NCBI GenBank assembly: GCA_041393775.1
Contig: JAWKJM010000003.1
Location: 187,185 to 251,184, forward strand
Source of the DNA: Candidatus Nanopelagicales bacterium
GTDB taxonomy: Bacteria > Actinomycetota > Actinomycetes > S36-B12 > UBA10799
Direction: 5' to 3'
DNA length: 64,000 nucleotides
Part shown: positions 36,077-45,132 of the stretch, piece by piece
How positions within the stretch are numbered: position 1 is the first letter of the stretch
How the letters are laid out: each line of letters opens with the position of its first letter
Translations under genes and position numbers: made by a program
The notes under the pieces: model-generated
What the model was told of the DNA's origin: nothing
Seen by the model: the letters and a program-made list of their open reading frames with translations, nothing else
The model's database searches: none

Positions 36077-36266
36077 TTCGTCCTTCCGGAGGGGTTTCGT
36101 CCCCATGATGCGGGTACGAATGGGCACCATATGACGGTGGGGGTCGTTTGCGCTAGTCCTGTTGACGCGCAAGGTGCGCCGCGACGCCCGCTGTCGCGAA
36201 GTCACCGAAACCCGGCGGCGTCTCCGGGTAAGTCCGCAACAACCGGCGCCGTACTCCTGCCGGCGT

Positions 36267-37730
36267 TCACCGATTCGGCGTGAACACCTCGCTGAACACT
36301 GCCTTCAGCAACACCTCCACCAGCGGCGCCGGGGAGGCCTCCATGAGCGCGTTCATCCCGGCCATCTCGTCGGGCAGCGTCACCGGCCCACCCTGGCCCT
36401 TGAACCCGGCGATCTGCATCAGCCCGTCCAGCGTGTCGGCGTCGAGCGCGTCGACATCGATGGTGGCGGCGGCCGCGGCCAGGTTCGGGTCCGGGTCGGC
36501 CCGGCCCTTCCCGGTGGCTGCCTCCGTGGCTGCGCGCAGGACTTCCAGTAGTTCGTCGGCCCGGTCGGCGATCCCGGCCGCGACGGTGAGGTGGATGTTG
36601 GTCGGGGCGCCCTGCCGCGCGGGCTGCACCTGCAAGGACCAGCCCAGCCTGTGCGCCTCGTCGGACACGATCCGGACATCGGGGCCCTCGGGTGCGCCCG
36701 TGTCGGCCACGGCGACCAGGGCCGCCTCGGGTTGCGCCACCAGTCGCAGGCCGGGGATCTGCCCCACCCCTTCGGCGATGCGCAAGGCGCCGGCCCGCGA
36801 GCGCAACGACAAGTCGCGCAGACCGTCCTTGCCAAGCAGGTGCAGGACCGCCCACGCCGCCGCCGCCGGAGCCACTGAGCGACTCGACAACAGCGTGTTG
36901 TTGATCAAGGGGTAGCCGGGCCACGCCGCGTCCGCGAAGTAGTGGAGCGCCCGCAGATCGGAGTTGGCACTGAGCAGGATCGAAACACCTTTGGGTGCGT
37001 AGCCGTACTTGTGCAGATCCATCGATGCCGAAGTGATCCCGGGGATGCTCATGTCGACCGGGGCCCGGTCCTCGTTCTCGAGGATGAACGGCAACGCCCA
37101 CCCGCCGATGCACAGATCCAGATGGCACAGAATGTCGCGTTCGGCAGCGGCCGCAGCCACCTCGTAGGCCGGATCGATGACACCGTGGGCATAGTTGGGT
37201 GCCGACACGACCGCCAGCGCCGTCCGGTCCGACATCGCATCGATCATCGCCCGGGCGTCGGCTTTGAACCCTGCGTCAATGGGGATGTCGACCACGTCCA
37301 CGTCGAAGAGCCAGGCACCCTTGCGGAACGCGGAATGTGCCGTCACCGGCAGCAGCATCTGGGGCCGGCCCTCGCCGCCGCGTTTGCGGAATCGTTCACG
37401 CGCGCCCAGCACCGCCAGCATGCACGACTCGGTCCCGCCACTGGTCACGGTCCCGACCGCGTCCGGGCCGCCGCCGTGCAGGTTCAGGGCCGCGCCTACG
37501 AGGTCGTTCTCGATCGCGGAGATACTCGGGAAGGCGGTCGGGTCCAGCCCGTTGCGGCCCCAGGCCGTCGCCGACGCGGCGGTGGCCACTTCCCGTAGCT
37601 GCGGGTTGCCGGACTCAAAGTGGTAGCTCGTCGCCTTGGTGAAATCGAGGTCCAACGCGCGCAGCTCGCCCAACGCCTCCAGAATCTCGTCAGCCGGCAG
37701 GCCGTGTTCAGGTAGCGGTGGCAGTGTCAT
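36267..37730 (-). CDS. PLP-dependent group II decarboxylase / sphingosine-1-phosphate-lyase-like enzyme
   Basis: SASMDLHKYGYAPKG PLP-lysine motif. Confidence 0.75.
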   Translation of the reverse strand: MTLPPLPEHGLPADEILEALGELRALDLDFTKATSYHFESGNPQLREVATAASATAWGRNGLDPTAFPSISAIENDLVGAALNLHGGGPDAVGTVTSGGTESCMLAVLGARERFRKRGGEGRPQMLLPVTAHSAFRKGAWLFDVDVVDIPIDAGFKADARAMIDAMSDRTALAVVSAPNYAHGVIDPAYEVAAAAAERDILCHLDLCIGGWALPFILENEDRAPVDMSIPGITSASMDLHKYGYAPKGVSILLSANSDLRALHYFADAAWPGYPLINNTLLSSRSVAPAAAAWAVLHLLGKDGLRDLSLRSRAGALRIAEGVGQIPGLRLVAQPEAALVAVADTGAPEGPDVRIVSDEAHRLGWSLQVQPARQGAPTNIHLTVAAGIADRADELLEVLRAATEAATGKGRADPDPNLAAAAATIDVDALDADTLDGLMQIAGFKGQGGPVTLPDEMAGMNALMEASPAPLVEVLLKAVFSEVFTPNR

Positions 37731-39090
37731 GGGAACCTCGCAATTCGTTGAGTCGGGCTTCGGTCAGGTCGTATCGCAGAAGGGTCGGCAGGCTCAGCAG
37801 CAGCATGGCCGCCGGGAACAGCGAGAAGGACAGCACGACGCCGGTCAGCGCGCTGTTCGGTTGCAGGACTGTCTCGTCGCCTTCGCTGGAGACGAACCCC
37901 GTCACGGCCAGGATGAGACCCACGACCGCCGGACCCAGCGCCAGCGACACGGTTTCGGCTGCCGCCCAGACCCCCGTGAAGACGCCCGCGCGCTGCTGCC
38001 CGTGGACGGCGGCATCGGCGGCGACGGTGTCGGGCAGCATCGCCAGCGGGAACATCTGCATCCCGGCGTATGCGACCCCGACCATGCCCACGAGCACGTA
38101 GATCGCGGCCGACGGCAGGCTGCGGCTGAACAGCAGTCCCACCGCTGCCACCCCGAAGATCCCCGACGCCATGAGGAAGCCGCGGTGTTTCCCGACGCTC
38201 TTCGACACCAGCGACCACAACGGCATCACGACAACGGCTGGTGCCACCAGGCAGACGAACAACAGTGTCTGCTGCAACTCCCCGCCGTCGAGGATGTAGG
38301 TCGCCAGGTAGGGAACGGCCGCGAGCATCGCCCCGACGCCCAACGCCTGGAAGACGAAGGTCACCATCAGCAGCAGGAACCAGCGGTTCTCCCTGACCGC
38401 GGCGAACCTTTCCTGCAGCGACGGTTCGCTCTCGGCCTGCGTGAACGATCGGGTCCTGCGGACCATCAGCCAGCAGATCACGGTGGAGACCACCAGCAAC
38501 AGGCCGACCACCACACCCATACCCGCGTAGCCGGTGCGCCCGGATCCGAACAAGTTCACCAGCACCGGCGCGCCGGCCCCGAAGAGCAAGATCGACAACG
38601 TCAAGAAGACGATCCGGATGCTCATGATCCGGGTGCGTTCCCGGTAGTCGTCGGTGAACTCCGCCGGCATCGCGAGGTAGGTGACCTGGAACGTCGCGAA
38701 CCCGGTGACGGCGAAGAGGAAGAACACCCCTACCCACAGTGCCGCAACATTGCCCTGCAATCCGCCGGGAGCCGCAAAGGTCAGCGCGAACATCGGCCCA
38801 ATGATGAGCCCGCCGATCAGCAGCCACTTCACCCGGGATCCGGTGCGCAGCATGGTCTTGTCCGAGACGCTGCCCATGACTGGGGCGATGATCACATCCC
38901 AGGCCTTGGGCAGGAACACCACCAGGCTGGCGATCGCTGCCGCCACACCGAGCACGTCGGTCAGGTAGAAGAGCAGCACCAGCCCGGGGACCGTCGCGAA
39001 TCCGCCGGTGCCGAACGACCCGGCCGCGTACCCGTAGCGCTGCTTGCCGGTCAACCGCATCGCCATGCGCCCCAGTATTGTCCGCATCAC
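37708..39090 (-). CDS. MFS transporter, glycoside-pentoside-hexuronide (GPH) type
   Basis: 12-TM profile; FLPKAWDVIIAPVMGSVSDKT motif; start uncertain. Confidence 0.7.
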   Translation of the reverse strand: MMRTILGRMAMRLTGKQRYGYAAGSFGTGGFATVPGLVLLFYLTDVLGVAAAIASLVVFLPKAWDVIIAPVMGSVSDKTMLRTGSRVKWLLIGGLIIGPMFALTFAAPGGLQGNVAALWVGVFFLFAVTGFATFQVTYLAMPAEFTDDYRERTRIMSIRIVFLTLSILLFGAGAPVLVNLFGSGRTGYAGMGVVVGLLLVVSTVICWLMVRRTRSFTQAESEPSLQERFAAVRENRWFLLLMVTFVFQALGVGAMLAAVPYLATYILDGGELQQTLLFVCLVAPAVVVMPLWSLVSKSVGKHRGFLMASGIFGVAAVGLLFSRSLPSAAIYVLVGMVGVAYAGMQMFPLAMLPDTVAADAAVHGQQRAGVFTGVWAAAETVSLALGPAVVGLILAVTGFVSSEGDETVLQPNSALTGVVLSFSLFPAAMLLLSLPTLLRYDLTEARLNELRGSHDTATAT

Positions 39091-39205
39091 CGCCGGGATG
39101 CTCGGTGTTCAGCGAGGCCGCCGGTCCGTCTGTCGGACGCCGCGTGCTGAGACGTTGACCGGACACGCCGGCGTGACTTCGCAGGAGCGGGCGTGCTGGT
39201 GGGCG

Positions 39206-40048
39206 TCAGACCCGGGCGCGGATCCCCTCCACCAGGCGTTTGAGAGCGGCTGGGCTCTGCCGGAGGAACAGGGACGGCTCGACCAGTTCCAGTTCGGCCA
39301 GCAGCGGGCGGTCGTCGTCGTCGCGGATCAGGTCGATCCGGGCATAGAGCAACTCGTGGCCGATGTCGGCCACGACCGCCTCGGCAAGGTCCCTTTCGAC
39401 AGCGGCGATCGGCATCGCGTCGGAGACGCTCTCCTCGTCGTCACCGAGGCGTGGACTCTTGCGGATCGCGTGGGTCAGTTCGCCATCGATCCAGATCAGC
39501 GACCGCTCACCGTAGCCTTCCACCGAACCGAGGTATGGCTGGACCATCACCTCCCGATCCCTGTTGAGCCGTGCCCAGAAATCGAGCGCCGACGGGGACT
39601 GCGGGTCGGTGATCCGGTCGGTAAGGAAGGAGCCGGCACCCACCACCGGCTTCGCGACGACATCGGTCCAGCCGCGATCCGCCATGAGGTCGGCGAGGTC
39701 CAGTTCCTCCCCGACCCCGAGCCACGCGGTCGGCACCACCGGCACGCCCTGCTTGGCCAGGGTCCGCAGATAGCCCTTGTGGGTGTTCCATTGCACGACT
39801 TCGACCGGATTGAGCAGCGTGGTCTCGGTGCCCGCATGCACGGCCCAGGCCAGGAACTCGTCGAGGTGGTCGATGTAGTTCCACGCCGAGCGCAGGACCG
39901 CCAGCCGGAACTGCGACCAATCGATTTCCGGGTCGTCCCAGGCCGCCAGAGTCGGGTTCAGCCCTGCACCCAGCAGTGCACCGAGCAGCAGGTCCTCGTC
40001 CACGTCCTCTTCGGGCAACTCACGGCAGGTCACGATGGCTACATCCAC
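39206..40048 (-). CDS. ATP-grasp domain protein (RimK/glutathione-synthetase-like)
   Basis: VAIVTC...NPVEVVQWNTHKGYL...VVAKPVVGAGS pattern; GTG start at 40048. Confidence 0.55.
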   Translation of the reverse strand: MDVAIVTCRELPEEDVDEDLLLGALLGAGLNPTLAAWDDPEIDWSQFRLAVLRSAWNYIDHLDEFLAWAVHAGTETTLLNPVEVVQWNTHKGYLRTLAKQGVPVVPTAWLGVGEELDLADLMADRGWTDVVAKPVVGAGSFLTDRITDPQSPSALDFWARLNRDREVMVQPYLGSVEGYGERSLIWIDGELTHAIRKSPRLGDDEESVSDAMPIAAVERDLAEAVVADIGHELLYARIDLIRDDDDRPLLAELELVEPSLFLRQSPAALKRLVEGIRARV

Positions 40049-40219
40049 CGGCCCACTGTCGCGCACCGCCTGCGGCCGTGGCAATCGGGTCGAAGCGCGG
40101 GGACTTTGGACCCACAAGGTCAACTAGTGACCAGATATGACCAAAGTCCGCCGGTAGCGGGCACCGAACACGCCGCAGCCCCCGCCCGGACGGACCGGCA
40201 CGGAGGCTGCGGGGCTCGA

Positions 40220-42565
40220 TCAGGAGGCGCTTGCCGCGACCTCTTCGGCGCTCACCGCGATCGGGCGGCGCTTGGTGATCACAACCGCACCTACGACCAC
40301 GGCCAAGGCACCCAGCGAGATTGCCCACCGCAGCGCGTTGCCGTCGAGGAACATCGACACCACAGCGGGGGCGATCAGCAGCGAGACCAGGTTCATGACC
40401 TTGATCAGCGGGTTGATCGCCGGGCCGGCGGTGTCCTTGAAGGGGTCACCGACGGTGTCGCCGATGACGGTGGCCTCGTGGGCCTCCGACCCCTTGCCGC
40501 CGTGGTTGCCGTCCTCCACGAACTTCTTGGCGTTGTCCCAGGCACCACCGGAGTTGGCCAGGAAGACCGCCATCAGAGCGCCCGTCGCGATGGTGCCGGC
40601 CAGGAACGAACCGAGCGCCCCGATGCCGAGGCCGAAGCCCACTGCGATCGGGGTGAGGATCGCCAGCAAGCCAGGCGTGCTGAGTTCGCGCAGCGAGTCA
40701 CGCGTGCAGATGTCGACCACCTTGCCGTACTCCGGCTTCTCGGTGCCCTCCATGATCCCCGGGTGCTGCTTGAACTGCCTGCGCACCTCGAAGATGATCG
40801 CGCCAGCAGCCCGGGTGACGGCGTTGATCGCCAGACCCGAGAACAGGAACACCACCGACGCTCCGATCAGCAGTCCGACCAGGTTGCGCGGGTTGGAGAC
40901 GTCGAGGATGCCCAGGTACTGCGGGGCGTCCTGGACGCCGAGGCCCTGCAGTGCGTCGCCGGCCGATGCCGTCGCCTGCTGGACGGCGTCGCGGAAGGAG
41001 CCGAACAGCGCGGTGGCGGCCAGAACCGCGGTCGCGATCGCGATGCCCTTTGTGATGGCCTTGGTGGTGTTGCCGACGGCGTCCAGGCTGGTGAGCACCT
41101 GCGCGCCCTCCCCCTCGACGTCACCGGACATCTCGGCGATCCCCTGCGCGTTGTCCGAGACCGGGCCGAACGTGTCCATCGCGACGATGACCCCGACGGT
41201 GGTCAGCAGACCGGTACCGGCCAGTGCCACCGCGAACAGGCTCAAGGTGATCGAACCGGATCCCAGCAGGAAGGCACCGTAAACAGCAGCACCGATCAAC
41301 AGCGCCGAGTAGACCGCGGACTCCAGGCCCAGCGAGATACCCGACAGGATCACCGTGGCCGGACCCGTCAACGACGTCCGCGAGACGTCATCGACCGGCT
41401 TGCGGTTGGTCTCGGTGAAATAGCCGGTCAACTGCTGGATGGCTGCCGCCAGGATGATTCCGATGAGCACCGCTGCGATCACCAGGAAGCGCGGGTTCAG
41501 CACATCGAGGGTTGTCACACTCAGCGCCAAGCGGTCGCGAACCAGCTCGAAGTCGTCGAGCTTGACCAGACGGTCCGGCAGCCAGATGAACGCCGCGATG
41601 GCCACCAGGACGGCGGAGATGATCGCGGAGATGAAGAAGCCGCGGTTGATGGCACTCATGCCGGAGCGGTCGTTCGCGCGCGGGGACACCGCGAAGATGC
41701 CGATCATGGCGGTCAGCACACCGATGGCGGGAATCACCAGCGGGATCACCAGGCCGAGGCTGCCCAAAGCGGCCTGGCCCAGGATCAGGGCTGCGACCAG
41801 GGTCACCGCGTAGGACTCGAAGAGGTCCGCGGCCATACCGGCGCAGTCACCGACGTTGTCACCGACGTTGTCGGCAATCGTGGCGGCGTTGCGGGGGTCG
41901 TCCTCGGGGATGCCCTGCTCCACCTTGCCGACAAGGTCGGCGCCGACATCAGCAGCCTTGGTGAAGATGCCGCCGCCGACACGCATGAACATGGCCAGCA
42001 GGGCCGCGCCGAAGCCGAAGCCCTCCAGCACCTTCGGGGCTTCGCCCTTGTACACCAGAACCACGATCGCGGCGCCCAGCAGGCCAAGCCCGACGGTGAA
42101 CATGCCCGCGACACCACCTGTGCGGAAGGCGATCCGCATGGCCTTGGTCTCACCGGGCTTGCCCTCACGGGCCGCCGAAGCCACCCGGACGTTCGCGCGC
42201 ACCGCCAGCCACATGCCCACATACCCGGTCACCGCGGAGAACACTGCCCCGACCAGGAAGAAGATCGAACGACCGATCCGCTCACCGTTGGTGTTCGCGG
42301 GAAGCAAGAACAGTACGAAGAAGACGATGACTGCGAAGATGCTCAGCGTCTTGAACTGCCGACTCAAGTAAGCCGCAGCGCCCTCCTGGACGGCTGCGGC
42401 GATGCTCTTCATGCTCTCGGTGCCTTCGTCGGCAGCGAGTACCTCGCGAACGAGTAGTCCCGCCACGGCCAGAGCCAGCAGCGCAACGAGCGCTACGACG
42501 ATGACCGTGGTGTAACTACCGCCCGTCAAGGTCACTTCGCTTACTGCGAGAGTGCCTGCGGACAT
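40220..42565 (-). CDS. hppA: Membrane-bound proton/sodium-translocating pyrophosphatase
   Basis: GDNVGDCAGMAADLFESY and GDTVGDPFKDTAGPAINPLIKV motifs. Confidence 0.95.
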   Translation of the reverse strand: MSAGTLAVSEVTLTGGSYTTVIVVALVALLALAVAGLLVREVLAADEGTESMKSIAAAVQEGAAAYLSRQFKTLSIFAVIVFFVLFLLPANTNGERIGRSIFFLVGAVFSAVTGYVGMWLAVRANVRVASAAREGKPGETKAMRIAFRTGGVAGMFTVGLGLLGAAIVVLVYKGEAPKVLEGFGFGAALLAMFMRVGGGIFTKAADVGADLVGKVEQGIPEDDPRNAATIADNVGDNVGDCAGMAADLFESYAVTLVAALILGQAALGSLGLVIPLVIPAIGVLTAMIGIFAVSPRANDRSGMSAINRGFFISAIISAVLVAIAAFIWLPDRLVKLDDFELVRDRLALSVTTLDVLNPRFLVIAAVLIGIILAAAIQQLTGYFTETNRKPVDDVSRTSLTGPATVILSGISLGLESAVYSALLIGAAVYGAFLLGSGSITLSLFAVALAGTGLLTTVGVIVAMDTFGPVSDNAQGIAEMSGDVEGEGAQVLTSLDAVGNTTKAITKGIAIATAVLAATALFGSFRDAVQQATASAGDALQGLGVQDAPQYLGILDVSNPRNLVGLLIGASVVFLFSGLAINAVTRAAGAIIFEVRRQFKQHPGIMEGTEKPEYGKVVDICTRDSLRELSTPGLLAILTPIAVGFGLGIGALGSFLAGTIATGALMAVFLANSGGAWDNAKKFVEDGNHGGKGSEAHEATVIGDTVGDPFKDTAGPAINPLIKVMNLVSLLIAPAVVSMFLDGNALRWAISLGALAVVVGAVVITKRRPIAVSAEEVAASAS

Positions 42566-42816
42566 GTGTAATACTCCTCGGATTTGATCGGATGCCGGGA
42601 CGGGTCCCCCTGGACCGGCTGTTCCTCAGTGGTGTCGGCCCCTCCCAGGACCGACCGATGTCAGCGAGTTTACCTATGGGGTGCTTACGTTCTGCTTACG
42701 GTCCACGAAGTGTGGTATCGCGCCACTGCCTGCGACGTGACCAGCCGCCGGTTCAGTCAGGCGAACACGGCTTCAGGCCGTAGAACACACGTGCGTCCGG
42801 CAGCCTCGCGAAACCC

Positions 42817-43185
42817 TCAAATTCTCCAGCTCATGCGCAACACCGAGCCGCCCTCAGCGGAATCGTGAAGCTCGGCGCCCGGCACCAGGCCGGTGATAAC
42901 GGCTTCCGCGAGCCCGAAGTCCCCGTCGTCGCGGCCAGCGACTCGATCCACCACGTCCACGGACAGACTGTGGACGTCGTCGACGATCCGGACGGTCACC
43001 GGCTCCGTCTTGCCGGCCCGTTGGTGCCGCACGACGGCACGACCGACCGCCTCCCCCACCGCGAGCCTGACTTCGTCCACCTCCTGCTCGCTCACCCCGA
43101 GCCGGCGGGCAGCGGCACACGCGACCAGCCGGGCCAGCCGCACCTGTTCGGTCTCCGGCGGGATGGTCAACGAGCAGGAGGCCAT
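42817..43185 (-). CDS. RsbW-like anti-sigma factor / HATPase-fold protein with degenerate ATP-binding motifs
   Basis: Short HATPase_c-like fold; N-box reads EAVGRAVVRH (Asn replaced by Arg); 1-nt overlap with the STAS gene. Confidence 0.55.
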   Translation of the reverse strand: MASCSLTIPPETEQVRLARLVACAAARRLGVSEQEVDEVRLAVGEAVGRAVVRHQRAGKTEPVTVRIVDDVHSLSVDVVDRVAGRDDGDFGLAEAVITGLVPGAELHDSAEGGSVLRMSWRI

Positions 43186-43517
43186 CAGAGCACTGCTTCC
43201 TCGACCGTCCCGAACATGCCGACCTGCTGATCCACGCCGGTGAGCGTGAACACCTTGGTGATCCGATCACTCGAGCTGACAACTCGCAGTGCGCCGCCCT
43301 GTTGCCGAAGTGCCGCGACCGTGGCCACGATCACGGAAAGCCCCGTCGAATCCATGAAGTCGACCCGTCCGAGATCGACCACCACCAGCGCAGCGTGGGC
43401 GTCGATCGCCTGATCGAGTTCGGTCTGCAGCATCGGTGCAGTGTGCAGGTCGAGCTCACCCACGGCCTCCACGACCGTCGCTGGGCCTTCCTGTCGCGTG
43501 CCAACGTGCAAGTGCAT
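43185..43517 (-). CDS. STAS-domain anti-sigma-factor antagonist
   Basis: VVDLGRVDFMDSTGLSVIV motif; ATG 43517 after GGAGG. Confidence 0.85.
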   Translation of the reverse strand: MHLHVGTRQEGPATVVEAVGELDLHTAPMLQTELDQAIDAHAALVVVDLGRVDFMDSTGLSVIVATVAALRQQGGALRVVSSSDRITKVFTLTGVDQQVGMFGTVEEAVL

Positions 43518-43680
43518 CTCGCCTCCAGTGTCGCTTCGGCCACTCTGCCAGACAATCCTCTGACTGACCTGCCGAGTGCGAGACTCCGCTTCTGCGCTCG
43601 CCACCGGCCAGAAGGGAGGTGGATCACCTCGCCTCACACGGCACTAGCCGGGAGAAACGCGTGGCCTCCGACAACGGCTC

Positions 43681-43760
43681 GTGTACTCAGTAGGAGCAGG
43701 AGTTGGCCACGAGGTTAGGAACACACGCGTGGTTTCTCTAACCTCGTGCACGTTCTCTAG
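43681..43760 (+). repeat. Mosaic repeat, copy 5a (truncated; ends TTCTCTAG)
   Basis: GTGTACTC...GGCCACGAGGTTAGG-loop-TTCTCTAACCTCGTGCACGTTCTCTAG, abutting copy 5b. Confidence 0.8.
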
Positions 43761-43940
43761 TCCGAAAATGGCTGGTGTACTCGGTCGCCGCAGAAGTGGG
43801 CCGCGAGGTTAGAGAATGGTCGCGAGGTTAGAGATCGTGCACGAGGTTAGTGAACGCACGTGTGGCTTCTCTAACCTCGTGCACGTTCTCTAACCCGAGC
43901 GGTTTCCGCCCGGCATTTCCCCGCCTGAACGCCGCGGCCG
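43759..43940 (+). repeat. Mosaic palindromic repeat, copy 5b (full length)
   Basis: AGTCCGAAAATGG tail, three CGAGGTTAGAGA iterons, arms at 43827-43854 and 43867-43894, then a CTAACCCGAGCGGTTTCCGCCC module. Confidence 0.9.
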
Positions 43941-44100
43941 CCACGCGGTGCTGCGACTTCAGCAGCGGGTAGACCACGTCGTCGGCCACCCACGCCATCC
44001 CCCACCTTGTCCCGGTCATTCGGCACCGGAGCCGACCCCGCGTGCACCCGGGAAGACGCTGCGACCCGCTCCACCAGCCTGAACCCAAGCAAACGTCGGA

Positions 44101-44454
44101 CTACTCCGGCGGTCCGGCTCTCGCGAAGGCCGTGACCGATCTGGTGTGGCGCGCGGCGAGCACCACCTCGACCTCGACGCTCACCTCGAAATCCTGGCCG
44201 ACAGCTTCACAGCTGCGCAGTACCGCCGCGTTCATGGAGGCGGCCCGGCGCGCCGATTCGCAGTCGCCGGACGCAGCGGCGCTCAGAGCAGCCAGGTCCG
44301 CGGCCGTCGAGGCCTGTCCGCGGGCAGCGGCGAACCGTGTGACGCCCAACACCGCGGAAGCCACGATCACGACCAGACCTAGCATCACGGTCAGTACCAG
44401 CGCCGCCGTACCCCGGTCGCACCTGGCCGGGCGAGGACCTCCCGGCTCACCCAT
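44101..44454 (-). CDS. Rv3654c-type TadE-like protein (helicase/secretion neighbourhood)
   Basis: DRGTAALVLTVMLGLVV...AADLAALSAA...C...C pattern. Confidence 0.7.
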   Translation of the reverse strand: MGEPGGPRPARCDRGTAALVLTVMLGLVVIVASAVLGVTRFAAARGQASTAADLAALSAAASGDCESARRAASMNAAVLRSCEAVGQDFEVSVEVEVVLAARHTRSVTAFARAGPPE

Positions 44455-44833
44455 GCTCGACCGGCGTTCTGGCGCTGGCCCGCATGGTGAACCACGGCAG
44501 CGCCGCGACCCCTCCGACGCGTTGGCGCACCGTGATAGCCACGTCGTCCTCGCCGCGATCGAACGAGACGTCGGCGCCGGGCACGACCTCCCGCACCCGT
44601 TGTCCGGCGGTGACCTCGGACTCGCCACGTGCGACCAGTCGTGCCCCCGTCCTGGCGGCCTCCTGCAGCCGGACCTGGGTGGCACCGAGTGCAACGAGCG
44701 CGACCAGGCCCAGTACGAGCGGGATGAGGGCCAGCAAGGTGACGGCGAACTCCGCAGTGACCATCCCATGGGATGCGCGAATGCGGTGGCGCAGCCGAAC
44801 TGCACCACCGCCGCGCACGAGCGAACTCCTCAC
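44447..44833 (-). CDS. TadE-family pilus assembly protein
   Basis: GMVTAEFAVTLLALIPLVLG N-terminal motif; GTGA overlap with the pilin gene. Confidence 0.7.
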   Translation of the reverse strand: MRSSLVRGGGAVRLRHRIRASHGMVTAEFAVTLLALIPLVLGLVALVALGATQVRLQEAARTGARLVARGESEVTAGQRVREVVPGADVSFDRGEDDVAITVRQRVGGVAALPWFTMRASARTPVEHG

Positions 44834-45006
44834 AGAACGAACGAGAACGCCTTCTGGATCACCTGCCAGAGGACTTCCTGGACGTCCGGCGAACTCAGCA
44901 ACTTCACCAGGATCCCGCCGAACCCGGCCGCCGCCACGGTGCCCACGGCGTATTCGGCGGTGGACATGCCATCCTCAGCTGCCAAGCGCTGAACCACAGC
45001 CTCCAT
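44830..45006 (-). CDS. DUF4244 / Flp-like pilin (58 aa)
   Basis: EDGMSTAEYAVGTVAAAGFGGIL motif; AAGGAGG RBS; below the ORF-track cutoff. Confidence 0.75.
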   Translation of the reverse strand: MEAVVQRLAAEDGMSTAEYAVGTVAAAGFGGILVKLLSSPDVQEVLWQVIQKAFSFVL

Positions 45007-45132
45007 TGATTACCTCCTTGTCGGGTTGCCCCGGCCCGAACGGACCGGCTCATTCACAGTGCCCCGATGCAGGCCCTTGTGGCGGCCGGCGAACGGATCT
45101 GGGGATACCCCCAGCGACCGTCCACAGGCTGG

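Noticed and set aside
39159-39177. 19-nt exact repeat CCGGACACGCCGGCGTGAC at 39159-39177 and 55568-55586, both in 5' regions. A related 15-mer, TGTCGCGAAGTCACC, is shared between about 36198 and about 55555
   Set aside because: - Exact 15-mers are expected by chance several times in 128 kb of two-strand, GC-biased sequence.
- The 19-mer is only marginally unexpected.
- No consistent position or orientation relative to start codons could be established.
39044-42457. 1137-aa plus-strand ORF, and similar very long Arg/Pro/Gly/His-rich ORFs (e.g. 54917..58048 minus, 27575..29449 plus, 46838..48532 plus, 7293..8654 plus, 119..1081 minus)
   Set aside because: - They are antisense or off-frame shadows of clearly recognisable genes (hppA, acs, the AAR-like gene, tadA/ssd, hycE, the acyltransferase).
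- Their composition is typical of non-coding frames in high-GC DNA.
42817-43185. RsbW-like protein with degenerate N-box and G-box, considered as a novel pseudokinase finding
   Set aside because: Short, motif-poor HATPase-fold anti-sigma proteins paired with STAS antagonists are common in actinobacteria. It is noted in the feature table only.
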